A stretch of 64,000 bases of DNA from an uncultured Patescibacteria group bacterium (GTDB lineage: Bacteria > Patescibacteriota > Microgenomatia > UBA1400 > PJMF01): the NCBI GenBank assembly GCA_905478415.1, contig CAJQIG010000002.1, positions 120,834 to 184,833 on the forward strand, written 5' to 3'. A program made the translations under genes and the position numbers. The notes under the pieces were generated by a model. The model was not told where the DNA came from, did not search any database, and was given only the letters and a program-made list of their open reading frames with translations. Of the stretch, positions 17,811 to 27,541 are shown piece by piece (positions within the stretch are counted from its first letter, which is position 1; every line of letters starts with the position of its first letter).

Positions 17811-18878
17811 TTAGTCTTCGTGTTGTTCCAGTTTTTTACTTTGTAAACTCTGGATCTGTTCCTCTAAATTCTTGATCTGTTCCTCTTTGTTTCCATTTTT
17901 GTGTACTATGTGTCTTCGAATTGAAATTATCATTGCAACTAAGACTAACAATATGATAATTGCGGTCAGAACTAACTTGACTGGAAAGAGCCAAAATGAA
18001 GTGTTAGAAATTGCAATATTTCCTTGTTCACCATAGCTCATTATCAGCTTAGCTCTATAAAAGCCATGTCCCCAGACTCGATCCCATTTCCCAGAGAAAG
18101 CTCGGTTGTAGAGTGGGAAGATATTCTTACTTTCGATTTCAATAGTGTCAATTTTTTGGTTGAAGATGTTATAAATTTCAACAGACATTTGAGGGGTGAT
18201 ATGAATATCTGACTGGTTATCAACAAAGAATGAGAAATCTACTGGTCCAATTTCGGTTAGCTGAGGAAAGCTGAAGTCTCTGATAAAGGCTTCTTCGTTA
18301 ATAAGCCCATCAACAATTACATAGAAGAGAGAACCGACCTTTTGACTGATTGCAGAGGCAGATTGACCATCATCGAGAGCAATTCCTTGTGATGGTTCGT
18401 GTGTGACCATAGCATAGTGACCTCCTGGCAAAGCATTTTCTGGAACTTCGATCAGTACAGAAGTAGCAGCTGTTGTTTGTGGTTGGATAGTTTGCTGAGA
18501 GGGGGCAATCACAAGCCAGTTGGCTAAACTCCAGCGAGTGGGGGTTTCTTCCATCAAAGGAATTGGTGTTTCCCCATCAAGATCAAGCATAAAGTCTTGA
18601 GCGAGTGTTCTAATAGTGATGGGTTTTGTAGAGTTGTTTCTGATTCTTAGTTGCACTTGCTCTTTAGCTCCAGGAGCAAGCTTGATGATTTCCTGATCTC
18701 CAACTCTAGGGGGAATAGCTGTCAAGGTAATAGTGTCATCACTTTGAGAAAAATCTTGGGCATGGATGGTGTGAGTAAAGACGGTTGCTCCGAGAACAAG
18801 GGTAGCTACAGTGAAAGCTAAAGTCTTAAGTGAGAGCTGTGGGCGGGCAGTGTTCATGTAGTTCCTTATGGTCCTCAA
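17811..18878 (-). CDS. Surface protein with signal peptide and a C-terminal TM anchor plus coiled-coil tail (paralog of 20398-21381). DUF916-like architecture.
   Basis: N-terminal signal sequence, a ~280-aa extracellular domain, C-terminal TM LVLTAIIILLVLVAMIISI and tail NKEEQIKNLEEQIQSLQSK. Shares motifs with 20398-21381 (..VSVTP.. / IKPGSK..TITIEN..). Confidence 0.5.
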   Translation of the reverse strand: MRTIRNYMNTARPQLSLKTLAFTVATLVLGATVFTHTIHAQDFSQSDDTITLTAIPPRVGDQEIIKLAPGAKEQVQLRIRNNSTKPITIRTLAQDFMLDLDGETPIPLMEETPTRWSLANWLVIAPSQQTIQPQTTAATSVLIEVPENALPGGHYAMVTHEPSQGIALDDGQSASAISQKVGSLFYVIVDGLINEEAFIRDFSFPQLTEIGPVDFSFFVDNQSDIHITPQMSVEIYNIFNQKIDTIEIESKNIFPLYNRAFSGKWDRVWGHGFYRAKLIMSYGEQGNIAISNTSFWLFPVKLVLTAIIILLVLVAMIISIRRHIVHKNGNKEEQIKNLEEQIQSLQSKKLEQHED

Positions 18879-20323
18879 AATGTTGCGGTTGCTGTATAGG
18901 TAACGTAGTTTTCATAGTCACCTGCTGATTGTGTAGACGAGATGACGGCTCTGTAGCAGACATCAATGTTTTCATTATCAGCCACCGTGCTACTGCTAAA
19001 TATTTGTTGCGGTGATTGGCTATCTTCGGCGTCTGCGAACTGTCTAGCACAGTAGGTTCCGGTACAGCTACCAGTTGCAGTTGTGTACTCGAATGGCACA
19101 GTATTGGCGTCGGCATTCTCGATAGAGAATCCAAAGCCTTTTACAGAAGTTGTGTTCCATTCATCAATCAGTGCGTGGGTCATGGTGGAGTTATCACCAA
19201 CTGAATCAGGAATACATGATCCAGATGTGTTGTCGCCGGTACAAGTGGCTCCACTGAGTCCGAGCTGATCACTTTCGACAGCGGTAACGGCATAGCCATT
19301 AGTAGCGTTTGTTGAGACAGTAAGCGTCTGGGCAGCATCAGTAAATGATGAAATAGCAAGTTCGGCCAATGGTACGGCTGCAGCAGTGGTGGTGACATCG
19401 GTGGTGACGCCACATTTAGTTGCACCGCTGGAAACACCTGCAATCGAGAAGGTAATTTGAGGTGCGACGCTGGCAGTAATTCGAACTGCTTCAATAACTC
19501 CAATAGCAACAGTGGTACTGTCTACAGTACTAAAGTCACTGCCAATATGTTGGACAACAATCTTGTATGAATCAGCAGTTCCCGTGGTGTGGCCAGTATC
19601 AGGTGCGGGGTTGATAATAGAGTTGATGGTAATAGCATCGTTGGTAGTACCATCAAAAGCAGTTCCAATGGCTCCAGTACCTGAATAGAGACACTCGTAG
19701 GAGTGGTAGTCGGTGCTGCCAATAGTAACCGCGCTAGCAGTAGCTGTTCCAGTTACAAAGTCATAGCCAGTGAGATCTGTCGGACAAGTCACGGTTGGGG
19801 CACTGGTCCCAAAGTCAAAAGCACCCTGATCTGGTAAACCATCGTTAGCATCTGCATCTGCATCAAGAGTTGGAACCAGAATTCTAAAACCACCATTCGC
19901 AACGGCATTGGCAGTGTTAAACCGAACAGTGTGTGTGGCAGATTGGGTAGAAATAACATCATCACTAGTATCAGCATCACCAGTACCCAGAACAGGAGTG
20001 ATATTGACCAGGGAATTGCTGACTATATTGGTAATGGTATAGAGACTCATGGTTCCAGCAGTTCCGACTGAAAGAACATCATCAGTTTGGAGTTGATCTG
20101 TTGTTGTTGAGGGGTAACCAGATGTGTTGATAATAACCTGAGATGAAGATTCTGTGTTCCCAGCACCAAGTACACCTCTAAATGAGGGGCGAGAGTTAGA
20201 AACAGTGACTGAAACGTTGGTCAAACTGGCAGATTCACTTCGATGTGCAAATCCTCCAGCAGCAACAATAGCAGTTAAAAATACTGATAAAACAATGGAT
20301 TTTTTTAGTTTATTTCTCTTCAT
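18875..20323 (-). CDS. Secreted Thr/Ser/Gly-rich, beta-rich surface protein (paralog of 21389-22144)
   Basis: Signal peptide MKRNKLKKSIVLSVFLTAIVAAGGFA. Shares blocks with 21389-22144 (SVKGFGFSIENADANTVPF vs TVSGFGFNIQGDDVATDFV). C-terminal alternating strand SAGDYENYVTYTATATF vs AAGTYETAVVYVAVPGY. Confidence 0.5.
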   Translation of the reverse strand: MKRNKLKKSIVLSVFLTAIVAAGGFAHRSESASLTNVSVTVSNSRPSFRGVLGAGNTESSSQVIINTSGYPSTTTDQLQTDDVLSVGTAGTMSLYTITNIVSNSLVNITPVLGTGDADTSDDVISTQSATHTVRFNTANAVANGGFRILVPTLDADADANDGLPDQGAFDFGTSAPTVTCPTDLTGYDFVTGTATASAVTIGSTDYHSYECLYSGTGAIGTAFDGTTNDAITINSIINPAPDTGHTTGTADSYKIVVQHIGSDFSTVDSTTVAIGVIEAVRITASVAPQITFSIAGVSSGATKCGVTTDVTTTAAAVPLAELAISSFTDAAQTLTVSTNATNGYAVTAVESDQLGLSGATCTGDNTSGSCIPDSVGDNSTMTHALIDEWNTTSVKGFGFSIENADANTVPFEYTTATGSCTGTYCARQFADAEDSQSPQQIFSSSTVADNENIDVCYRAVISSTQSAGDYENYVTYTATATF

Positions 20324-20397
20324 TTTTGCGCAATACTAAACTCTCAAAAGAGTATTTTAGTGCTTAGATTTAAGTTTAGCTGGTATTTCCCCTGACT

Positions 20398-21381
20398 TCA
20401 AGAGTCAGAGTGTTGTTTTTTTCTTTTTACTATGAAAGTAATTCCTGCAGCACTCAATAAGAGAGTTATGAGTGTTGGAAGTATGGGGAACGCAAAAAAA
20501 GTAAATGTGTCGTAGGCAATGATGTCTTGGCTTTCGCTGGTATAGGGTTGTGTTACTGTCACTTCTACGGTGTAGAGTCCGAGTAAAAAGGAAGGGTCAA
20601 ACGCAAAGGGAACTGCCTCTGGCTCGATATCTTTTTGAAAGTCGGTTCTCATAGCTCTGAGTTCTCGAGCACTAAAGCCAAGGATAGTGTCAGGGAAAAT
20701 GTTGAATGCAGCAACCTGAGAGTCAAACATATTCTTGACGACTACAGTTCCAGCTGCATTTGTAGCAGCAAAGTTATTATTTTTAATAGAGGGTTTGATA
20801 GTAATTTTTTTAAAGCTATCTACGAACTTTGGAACAGCGATACTATTGATATTTATTAATTGAGAGATTTGTTCATCTTTCGAAATAAGCACAATCATAT
20901 TGCTTCCGATGGCCCCAACAAGCTGTGAAGTTGAGCCTGGATTAGTGCTTTGCGTGGGGATTGATTCAAACATAACTGTCAGCGGGTATTCCTTCTCTTC
21001 GGCATCTTCAGGAACGGTGAACAAAAGTGCCAGCTGAGCCCGTTTTCCACCAGGAATGGTGATTTCTTGTTGAGAAATAGTTTCTATGTCGAGGTAGGGG
21101 AATGACGACTCTCCTACTAGAATGGGTCGTCCTGTAGTGCCATCGGCTGTGAAATCAAAGATGAGTGGTCTGAGGGTACTATTTAAAGCTCCTTGGTTTT
21201 CGATAGTGATGGTGTGACGAACTTTCGATCCTGGTTTGATTCGTATATACGAAGTGTCTGGGGTGACCGAGACAGTAAAGGCCTGTGTTTGTGCTGCAAC
21301 GGGAGTAGGGGTAATCACTCGACACAACAAAGTAATGGTGAGGATACTGTAGGAAAGCAGCTGGGTTATTTTTGTGTTCAT
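20398..21381 (-). CDS. Surface protein with signal peptide and C-terminal TM anchor (paralog of 17811-18878)
   Basis: Signal peptide, extracellular domain, C-terminal TM LPTLITLLLSAAGITFIV then KRKKQHSDS. Confidence 0.5.
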   Translation of the reverse strand: MNTKITQLLSYSILTITLLCRVITPTPVAAQTQAFTVSVTPDTSYIRIKPGSKVRHTITIENQGALNSTLRPLIFDFTADGTTGRPILVGESSFPYLDIETISQQEITIPGGKRAQLALLFTVPEDAEEKEYPLTVMFESIPTQSTNPGSTSQLVGAIGSNMIVLISKDEQISQLININSIAVPKFVDSFKKITIKPSIKNNNFAATNAAGTVVVKNMFDSQVAAFNIFPDTILGFSARELRAMRTDFQKDIEPEAVPFAFDPSFLLGLYTVEVTVTQPYTSESQDIIAYDTFTFFAFPILPTLITLLLSAAGITFIVKRKKQHSDS

Positions 21382-21388
21382 AATGCTA

Positions 21389-22144
21389 TTAATACCCTGG
21401 TACGGCTACGTACACAACCGCTGTCTCATAAGTTCCAGCAGCAGTGTTACCGCTTTTAGCGGCCTGATAGGTGACGGTTGATTGCCGTTTATAGCCAACA
21501 TTATTTGACGACATGATTGCTTGCATAGGAGCTGCGGCTTCATCATCAGCAAAAGGGCGAAAGTAGGTATTGTTAACAAAATCTGTTGCGACATCATCGC
21601 CTTGGATATTAAAGCCGAAGCCACTGACTGTGGGGTCAGTCCAGATACCAGCCGAAGCAGTTGTGCAAGTTCCAGCATCGCAAGTAGTGTCTGTAATTTC
21701 GTCTGTATCTCCTTGAAGTCTGAGGGGGTGAAGTTCGTACGCATACACCGAGTAGCCGCCAGCTCCACGGGTAGTTATTTCGAGGGTATGTGTATCTGTA
21801 CCAAAGGCCCCACTGACTAACTCTCCCAAGTTCATGTTGACGTCACTGATAATAAAACTAAAGTCTTTGATCTGATAGATATACTGAAATCCAGCTCCAA
21901 CAAAGTAGCCAGAAGTACCGTATTCGCCAAAGGCTCCGGCTGCCGTTTGTCCAACAGTGTCCGTAACATTGTAGTTGGCCGAACTTTTTTCTCCAGAAGT
22001 CACATTGAAATTGCCGAATTGAATAACATACGAATCTGACTCTAATCGCTCAGCTTTGACGCGGTCAACTTGCCAAAAGAAGAGAGAAAAGACGAAGAAT
22101 CCCAGGAGGCTTAGAATGAAAAAAGATTTCGTAGTGTTGTGCAT
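21389..22144 (-). CDS. Secreted beta-rich surface protein (paralog of 18875-20323)
   Basis: Signal/anchor FFILSLLGFFVFSLFFW. Paralogous blocks as listed for 18875-20323. Confidence 0.5.
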   Translation of the reverse strand: MHNTTKSFFILSLLGFFVFSLFFWQVDRVKAERLESDSYVIQFGNFNVTSGEKSSANYNVTDTVGQTAAGAFGEYGTSGYFVGAGFQYIYQIKDFSFIISDVNMNLGELVSGAFGTDTHTLEITTRGAGGYSVYAYELHPLRLQGDTDEITDTTCDAGTCTTASAGIWTDPTVSGFGFNIQGDDVATDFVNNTYFRPFADDEAAAPMQAIMSSNNVGYKRQSTVTYQAAKSGNTAAGTYETAVVYVAVPGY

Positions 22145-22836
22145 TACTCATTTACTTTTTTTAACAGTTTTTCGCTTTCGGAAACGATCAAAGTTATTTG
22201 TGAGTGAAGGGTTTTCTCAAGCTCTGTTTGGGGAGTGCCTAGGGAGCTGAGTGTTGCAGTTTTGGGGAGTAAAAACTGTTGGATATAGTCTTCGAGAGTA
22301 GTGATTTCAGCCTGTGATGCTGCAACTAGCGCTTCTTCTTCCTCAATAATCTGTTTTTCTAGCAGCGCAGTGGTGTGTCGATCTTTTGCGTAGAGCATCA
22401 CGCCGGTGATCAGCGGAATATTCACTAGGATAATCATTTCTTGGACAGTGAAAGTGGTAATCAAAAGTAGCTGAAGAGCAAAGGTACAACCAGCAATAAG
22501 GAGTGCCGAAGTTTTTTCGAGACTAAACACGATTAAGAACAGGTACAGATAGGTGAGTGGGTAGGCCCATGAATGGGTGTTCCCGGTGGCAGAAATGAGG
22601 AGCATAAAGAGCAAGGTAATAGGAATGAGTTCAGAGTTAGTATGATTAGGAAAAGGACTTTGAAGGTTGTTCCGATTATGTTTAAACCTGAGAAATACAA
22701 ATAATAAAAAAGTCAGAGCCACCAGCTGCAGTGAGTAGATTTCTAGAAATGGAACCGACATCCAGATACCAATAATGGCAAAACTTAAGACCACGAATGG
22801 CAGGCGGGTATCAATGGACATACGTTCAGTATACAT
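22144..22836 (-). CDS. Integral membrane protein with a C-terminal cytoplasmic coiled-coil; function unknown
   Basis: Four to five hydrophobic helices, then an acidic/coiled-coil tail (EKQIIEEEEALVAASQAEITTLEDY). Confidence 0.45.
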   Translation of the reverse strand: MYTERMSIDTRLPFVVLSFAIIGIWMSVPFLEIYSLQLVALTFLLFVFLRFKHNRNNLQSPFPNHTNSELIPITLLFMLLISATGNTHSWAYPLTYLYLFLIVFSLEKTSALLIAGCTFALQLLLITTFTVQEMIILVNIPLITGVMLYAKDRHTTALLEKQIIEEEEALVAASQAEITTLEDYIQQFLLPKTATLSSLGTPQTELEKTLHSQITLIVSESEKLLKKVNE

Positions 22837-22976
22837 GGAAGTGGACTCGAGACTCTAGATGCAGTTCTGATCTAAAAAGACTGGTGTGTTATAATCCTGG
22901 AGTATGCAAAAAGAAGCCCTTTTTCTTCCACTCCTTCTTGAGTTACACTAAAGAAAGTGGGATTTAGAGTGCACAG

Positions 22977-23000
22977 ACAAATCCCCACCAGGGGATTTTT
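22977..23000 (+). promoter_or_regulatory. Terminator-like hairpin inside the leuS 5' leader; possible attenuator
   Basis: CAAATCCCCaccaGGGGATTTTTT lies ~20 nt upstream of the leuS ATG. It is preceded by an extended -10-like TGTTATAAT at ~22887. No upstream same-strand gene for it to terminate. Confidence 0.35.
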
Positions 23001-23020
23001 TACTATTACAAAGGAGCCAC

Positions 23021-25486
23021 ATGGCAAAAGAGTACTACGATCACAGCAACGTTGAAGAAAAATGGCTGGCAGCCTGGGAGAGTGCCCGTCTCTTTTTAGG
23101 TACTCAGAAAAAAGGTCAAGAACTTGTCGAAAAACAGTATCTTCTGTTTGCGTTTGCCTATCCGTCCGGATCGGGACTGCACGTTGGTCATGTCGAAAGT
23201 AAAACAGCTCTCGATATTGTAGCTCGATACACGAGAATGCATGGCAAAGATGTCTTTTTTCCAGTGGGCTGGGACGCTTTTGGATTACCTGCCGAGAACT
23301 ACGCTATTAAGACTGGGATTCCACCAGCCGAAACAACAAAAAGTGCTATAGCTACCTTCCGACGTCAAATTAAACGCTTGGCTATTTCGTACGATTGGGA
23401 TAATGAAATAGCAACTAATCATCCTGAGTACTATAAGTGGACTCAATGGATTTTCTTACAATTATTTAACAAGGGCTTGGCGTATCAAAAAGATGGTAAG
23501 GTGAACTGGTGTCCTTCGTGCCAAACAGTCTTAGCGAATGAACAGGTTGTTGAAGGTTTATGTGAGCGCTGCGACAGCGAGGTGATGCAGAAAGATATGA
23601 AACAGTGGTACTTCAAGATTACTGAGTACAAAGATGAGCTTATTACTGGACTTGATACGGTCGACTGGCCAGAACCAACCAAGCAACAACAGCTCAACTG
23701 GATAGGTAAAAAAACAGGAATAAATATTGCGTACAAGATTGATGGAAGTGACGAGACAATTACTTGTTTTACCACTCGCCCAGACACAAACTTTGGAGCT
23801 ACCTTTGTAGTGTTGGCCCCCGAACACCCGTTTGCTAGAAAGTGTGCTGCAAAAAACAAAGAGGTTGCCAAGTACTTAGAGCAAGCAGAAAAAAAGACTG
23901 AGTTAGAGCGTCAACAAGAGGGCAAAAAGAAAACTGGTGCTTTCACTGGATACTCTGCAGTTAATGAGTTAACGGGTAAAAAAATGCCACTTTGGATTTC
24001 AGACTTTGTCTTAGGCAGTTTCGGAACTGGCGCAGTTGTTGGTGTTCCTGGCCATGACATGCGAGATTTTCAATTTGCAAAATTTGTCAACAATTCTGAC
24101 GCAGAGCACACCATCGAAGTTATTCGTGTAGTCACTGGGGTTGATGGAGACACTTCACCAATTACAGATGCATCACAAGTGCAAGAAGAAGCTGGAACGA
24201 TGGTTAACTCTGATTTTCTTGATGGCATGGAAATTCATGCGGCTACCGAGAAGGTGATGGATTTTATGGAAGAAAAGGGATATGGAACGCGTGTGACTAG
24301 CTATCGTTTGCGCGATTGGTTGATTTCACGACAGCGATATTGGGGAACTCCAATTCCGGTGGTCTATGATCCAGACGGAAAGCCACATCCTGTCAAAGAA
24401 GAACATTTGCCTTGGACACTACCAACGGATGTTGACTTTAAACCAACCGGTGAGTCTCCACTTAGATCGTCACAAGAATTTATTGAAAGAACAGAAAAAC
24501 TGTATGGTAACGGCTGGAGACCAGAATTTGATACTATGGACACCTTTGTTGACTCAAGTTGGTACTACCTGCGGTATGTTGATTCTCGGAATTCAGAATC
24601 ATTGGCTGAACGTGACCAGCTTAACAAGTGGTTGCCAGTTGATCTGTACATGATTGGTCCAGAACACATTGTGCTGCACTTACTGTACTCTCGATTCTTT
24701 ACAAAATTTTTACGAGATGAAGGGTTGATTACTGCCGACGAACCATTTGGAAAAATGCGTCACCAAGGTATGATTTTAGGTCCAGATGGCAAGAAGATGA
24801 GTAAGAGTAAGGGAAATGTTATTAACCCCGATGATATTATTCAAAAATTTGGTGCTGATACCCTCCGGGTGTATGAGATGTTTATGGGTCCACTTGAGGC
24901 CGATAAACCATGGGACACAAGAGCTGTGATTGGTGTCTATAAATTTTTACAGCGGATTTATCGACTGTGTACCGCTGAAAAAGATGTGGCTGAGAGTCCA
25001 GAACTCGAACGTGTACTGCATCAAACACTTAAAAAAGTTTCAGAAGATATTCCAAAGTTGAAATTTAACACAGCTATTGCAGCTATTATGAAGTGTACTA
25101 ATGCCTGGGAAGCAGCCATCAAAAAGGGCCAGAGTTTATCGACCGCTCAAAAAGATATGTTTGCTCGGATGATTGCCCCATTTGCTCCATTTTTAGCTGA
25201 AGAAGTATTCCAAACGCTCAAAACTCGCGCCGATGGTGCCTTCGTTCATACTTCGGAGTGGCCAGAATATGATGATGCGCTAGCCAAAGATGAACAAATT
25301 ATTATTCCTGTTCAAATTAATGGAAAAGTTAGAGCTGAGTTATCGATTGCTGCCGAAGAGGTGAGTAATAAGGACATGATCCTAGAACAAGCTCGTAGCT
25401 TGGAAGCTATTCAGCGATACATTGATGGCAAGACCATTCAAAAAGAGATTTATGTTCCAGGTCGAATTTTGAACTTGGTTGTTTAG
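23021..25486 (+). CDS. leuS: Leucyl-tRNA synthetase
   Basis: HIGH motif (YPSGSGLHVGHVE), KMSKS motif (KMSKSKGN), the CP1 editing region and overall LeuRS architecture. 821 aa. Confidence 0.95.
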   Translation: MAKEYYDHSNVEEKWLAAWESARLFLGTQKKGQELVEKQYLLFAFAYPSGSGLHVGHVESKTALDIVARYTRMHGKDVFFPVGWDAFGLPAENYAIKTGIPPAETTKSAIATFRRQIKRLAISYDWDNEIATNHPEYYKWTQWIFLQLFNKGLAYQKDGKVNWCPSCQTVLANEQVVEGLCERCDSEVMQKDMKQWYFKITEYKDELITGLDTVDWPEPTKQQQLNWIGKKTGINIAYKIDGSDETITCFTTRPDTNFGATFVVLAPEHPFARKCAAKNKEVAKYLEQAEKKTELERQQEGKKKTGAFTGYSAVNELTGKKMPLWISDFVLGSFGTGAVVGVPGHDMRDFQFAKFVNNSDAEHTIEVIRVVTGVDGDTSPITDASQVQEEAGTMVNSDFLDGMEIHAATEKVMDFMEEKGYGTRVTSYRLRDWLISRQRYWGTPIPVVYDPDGKPHPVKEEHLPWTLPTDVDFKPTGESPLRSSQEFIERTEKLYGNGWRPEFDTMDTFVDSSWYYLRYVDSRNSESLAERDQLNKWLPVDLYMIGPEHIVLHLLYSRFFTKFLRDEGLITADEPFGKMRHQGMILGPDGKKMSKSKGNVINPDDIIQKFGADTLRVYEMFMGPLEADKPWDTRAVIGVYKFLQRIYRLCTAEKDVAESPELERVLHQTLKKVSEDIPKLKFNTAIAAIMKCTNAWEAAIKKGQSLSTAQKDMFARMIAPFAPFLAEEVFQTLKTRADGAFVHTSEWPEYDDALAKDEQIIIPVQINGKVRAELSIAAEEVSNKDMILEQARSLEAIQRYIDGKTIQKEIYVPGRILNLVV

Positions 25487-25498
25487 GGTTAGCTTAAA

Positions 25499-25792
25499 TT
25501 ATTCGACCCCGATATTGAGATCAAAGACAAGAAAGACTTCGGCCGCATTTTCAAAAATCTTGAGAACTCCTTTTTGGAAGATGAATTCCTGAGTGGTTTC
25601 ATTGGCTAAATGGACAACAAGTTTATTTTCATTCAATGCTCCAGTAATAACAGAAACAAAGTTAGTGTGGCCTGAGAGTACACTGAAAGGGCCAGCTTCA
25701 TTGACCGCTTCGAGAGCTTTAATTTCCTCGGCAAAAAGGAGTCCTGTTTCATCAAAAATTTTTAAATGAAATGTTTCTGGAATGTTTGGCAT
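25499..25792 (-). CDS. atpC: F-type ATP synthase epsilon subunit (divergent)
   Basis: Position immediately after atpD. N-terminal beta-sandwich pattern FHLKIFDETGLLFAEEIKALEAVNEAGPFSVLSGHTNFVSVITGALNENKL resembles the epsilon fold. Confidence 0.55.
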   Translation of the reverse strand: MPNIPETFHLKIFDETGLLFAEEIKALEAVNEAGPFSVLSGHTNFVSVITGALNENKLVVHLANETTQEFIFQKGVLKIFENAAEVFLVFDLNIGVE

Positions 25793-25806
25793 ACTGATTT
25801 AGAGGG

Positions 25807-27483
25807 CTATGTGTTTGTTTCTTCCATCTTGGTTGGAGTGTAGTTGACAACTCGTTTTTCGAGGTGCTCAGTCACCTTTGTTTGTGAGCTTTTGTTTGCT
25901 TCGGCCATAAGAGTGGCGGTGTATTTATCTTTTATAGAGGCGGTATCTTCTGTTGATTTTTTCTTAGCGGCAATTTTTTCTTGAATGAGTGTTTGAGCTT
26001 CGGTGTCAGAAAGTGTCATGGGAATTGGCTCAGATTGTGTTTGGGTTGTTTGGTTGGTTGGTAGTACGGGACCCGACGACTTAAGGGTGACAGTTGGAGT
26101 ATTTTTTTTCCAAGCATCATCTATTTTTTCGATGTAGAGGAAGAGATCTGGGTCTGCATCATCAAAGGCACCAGAAAGAATTTTTTCGATGTCGATGAGT
26201 GTTGTGTTGGGGGTGGCAAAAACCCCTGGTTTTCCGGTTTGTGGCTCGGCCACAGACAAGCTTTGGGTCATGTAGTTCTGCAAAAGAATAGAACGTTTGT
26301 ATTTTTTTTGATCTTCGGCAGAAAGTTCTGAAAGTCCTACAAGTGATACAATTCGTTCAATTTCTTTGGCAGATTCAAGGACTTTTTTGGCTTCTAAGTA
26401 GAGTCCAAAATGTTTTTCTCCTACAGTTTCTGGAGTTAGAGCTGATGAATTAGACTCGAGTAAATCAACGGCAGGGAGCCGTCCAGACTGATAGACATCT
26501 CGAGAAAGGACGATATAACCGTCGAGATAGTCAAAGGTTGATCTAACACTGTAATCCAGGAGGTCGTCAGAAGGGAGATAGATGGCTTCGATAGTTGTAA
26601 TGTGGGCTGACTTATTAGAGACGAGTCTTTCGTGAAGTGTGCCGATCTCGGAAGGGAGTGTGGGCTGATAGCCTTCTTCGGAAGGAATGGCTTTCATAAG
26701 TGTGGCTAGTTCGTATCCTGCTTGACTAAATCGGTACATGTTGTCAATGAAGAAGAGCACGTCTTTGCCTTCATCACGGAAGTGCTCGGCTATTGTAGCC
26801 GATGCAGAGGCGGTTCTAAAACGAACTGCTGGATTTTCTCCCATTTGCCCCAGGACCATGGTCGTTTTTTTGAGCACATCGGAAGCCTCGAGGGTTTCGA
26901 GGAGTTCATGGGCTTCTCTAGAACGTTCTCCAACAGCGCTAAAGACAGAGACAGTTTCAGAGTCGCTTTTGTTGTTGTTAGTAACAACATTATGGATAAG
27001 TTCGGTAAGCAAGATTGTTTTTCCGAGGCCAGCCCCACCAACCAATCCAGTCTTACTACCTTTAAGTATGGGAGTAAAGAAATCAATGGCTCGAATACCA
27101 GTCGTGATCACTTCAGAAGGGATGTAGGTATCTTCGATACTGGTTTTTTTGTGAGAGTGAATTGGTTTGCGTGTCGTTGCTAATGGTGCTTTGCCATCAT
27201 GCGGAGTCCCAAAAATATCAAAAGCTCTGCCCAAGACCGCGTCTCCGACTGGAATAGAGAGTGGTTCTCCAGTGCTAATCACCTCGGTACCTCTAGAGAG
27301 CCTGATTTCATCACTCAAGATGAAGCAGAAGTAGTGTTGCTCGCTGGCTGAGGCAATAATTTCAAGCTTTACTGCTGGGTTGTCAGCCAGAGTTAAAATA
27401 TCGAAGATACGTGGTTGTTCATCGAGAAATTCGACCTCAGCCACGGTGCTTCTGATAGATTTGATACTGCCTCTGAGTGCCAT
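25807..27483 (-). CDS. atpD: F-type ATP synthase beta subunit with an unusual ~90-aa Thr/Gln/Lys-rich C-terminal extension
   Basis: GGAGLGKTILLTELIHN P-loop, VSVFSAVGERSREAHEL, QPTLPSEIGTLHERL...IEAIYLPSDDLLDYSVRSTFDYLDGYIVLSR. 558 aa versus the usual ~470. Confidence 0.9.
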   Translation of the reverse strand: MALRGSIKSIRSTVAEVEFLDEQPRIFDILTLADNPAVKLEIIASASEQHYFCFILSDEIRLSRGTEVISTGEPLSIPVGDAVLGRAFDIFGTPHDGKAPLATTRKPIHSHKKTSIEDTYIPSEVITTGIRAIDFFTPILKGSKTGLVGGAGLGKTILLTELIHNVVTNNNKSDSETVSVFSAVGERSREAHELLETLEASDVLKKTTMVLGQMGENPAVRFRTASASATIAEHFRDEGKDVLFFIDNMYRFSQAGYELATLMKAIPSEEGYQPTLPSEIGTLHERLVSNKSAHITTIEAIYLPSDDLLDYSVRSTFDYLDGYIVLSRDVYQSGRLPAVDLLESNSSALTPETVGEKHFGLYLEAKKVLESAKEIERIVSLVGLSELSAEDQKKYKRSILLQNYMTQSLSVAEPQTGKPGVFATPNTTLIDIEKILSGAFDDADPDLFLYIEKIDDAWKKNTPTVTLKSSGPVLPTNQTTQTQSEPIPMTLSDTEAQTLIQEKIAAKKKSTEDTASIKDKYTATLMAEANKSSQTKVTEHLEKRVVNYTPTKMEETNT

Positions 27484-27541
27484 GTTATTGTTGCTTACTT
27501 TTTATTTTTTTATGTCTGTACTGGTTATTCAGTATAGAGTA

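Noticed and set aside
26722-27183. ORFs 26722-27183, 26738-27127 and 26790-27086 inside atpD
   Set aside because: Out-of-frame or antisense to the strongly supported atpD gene.
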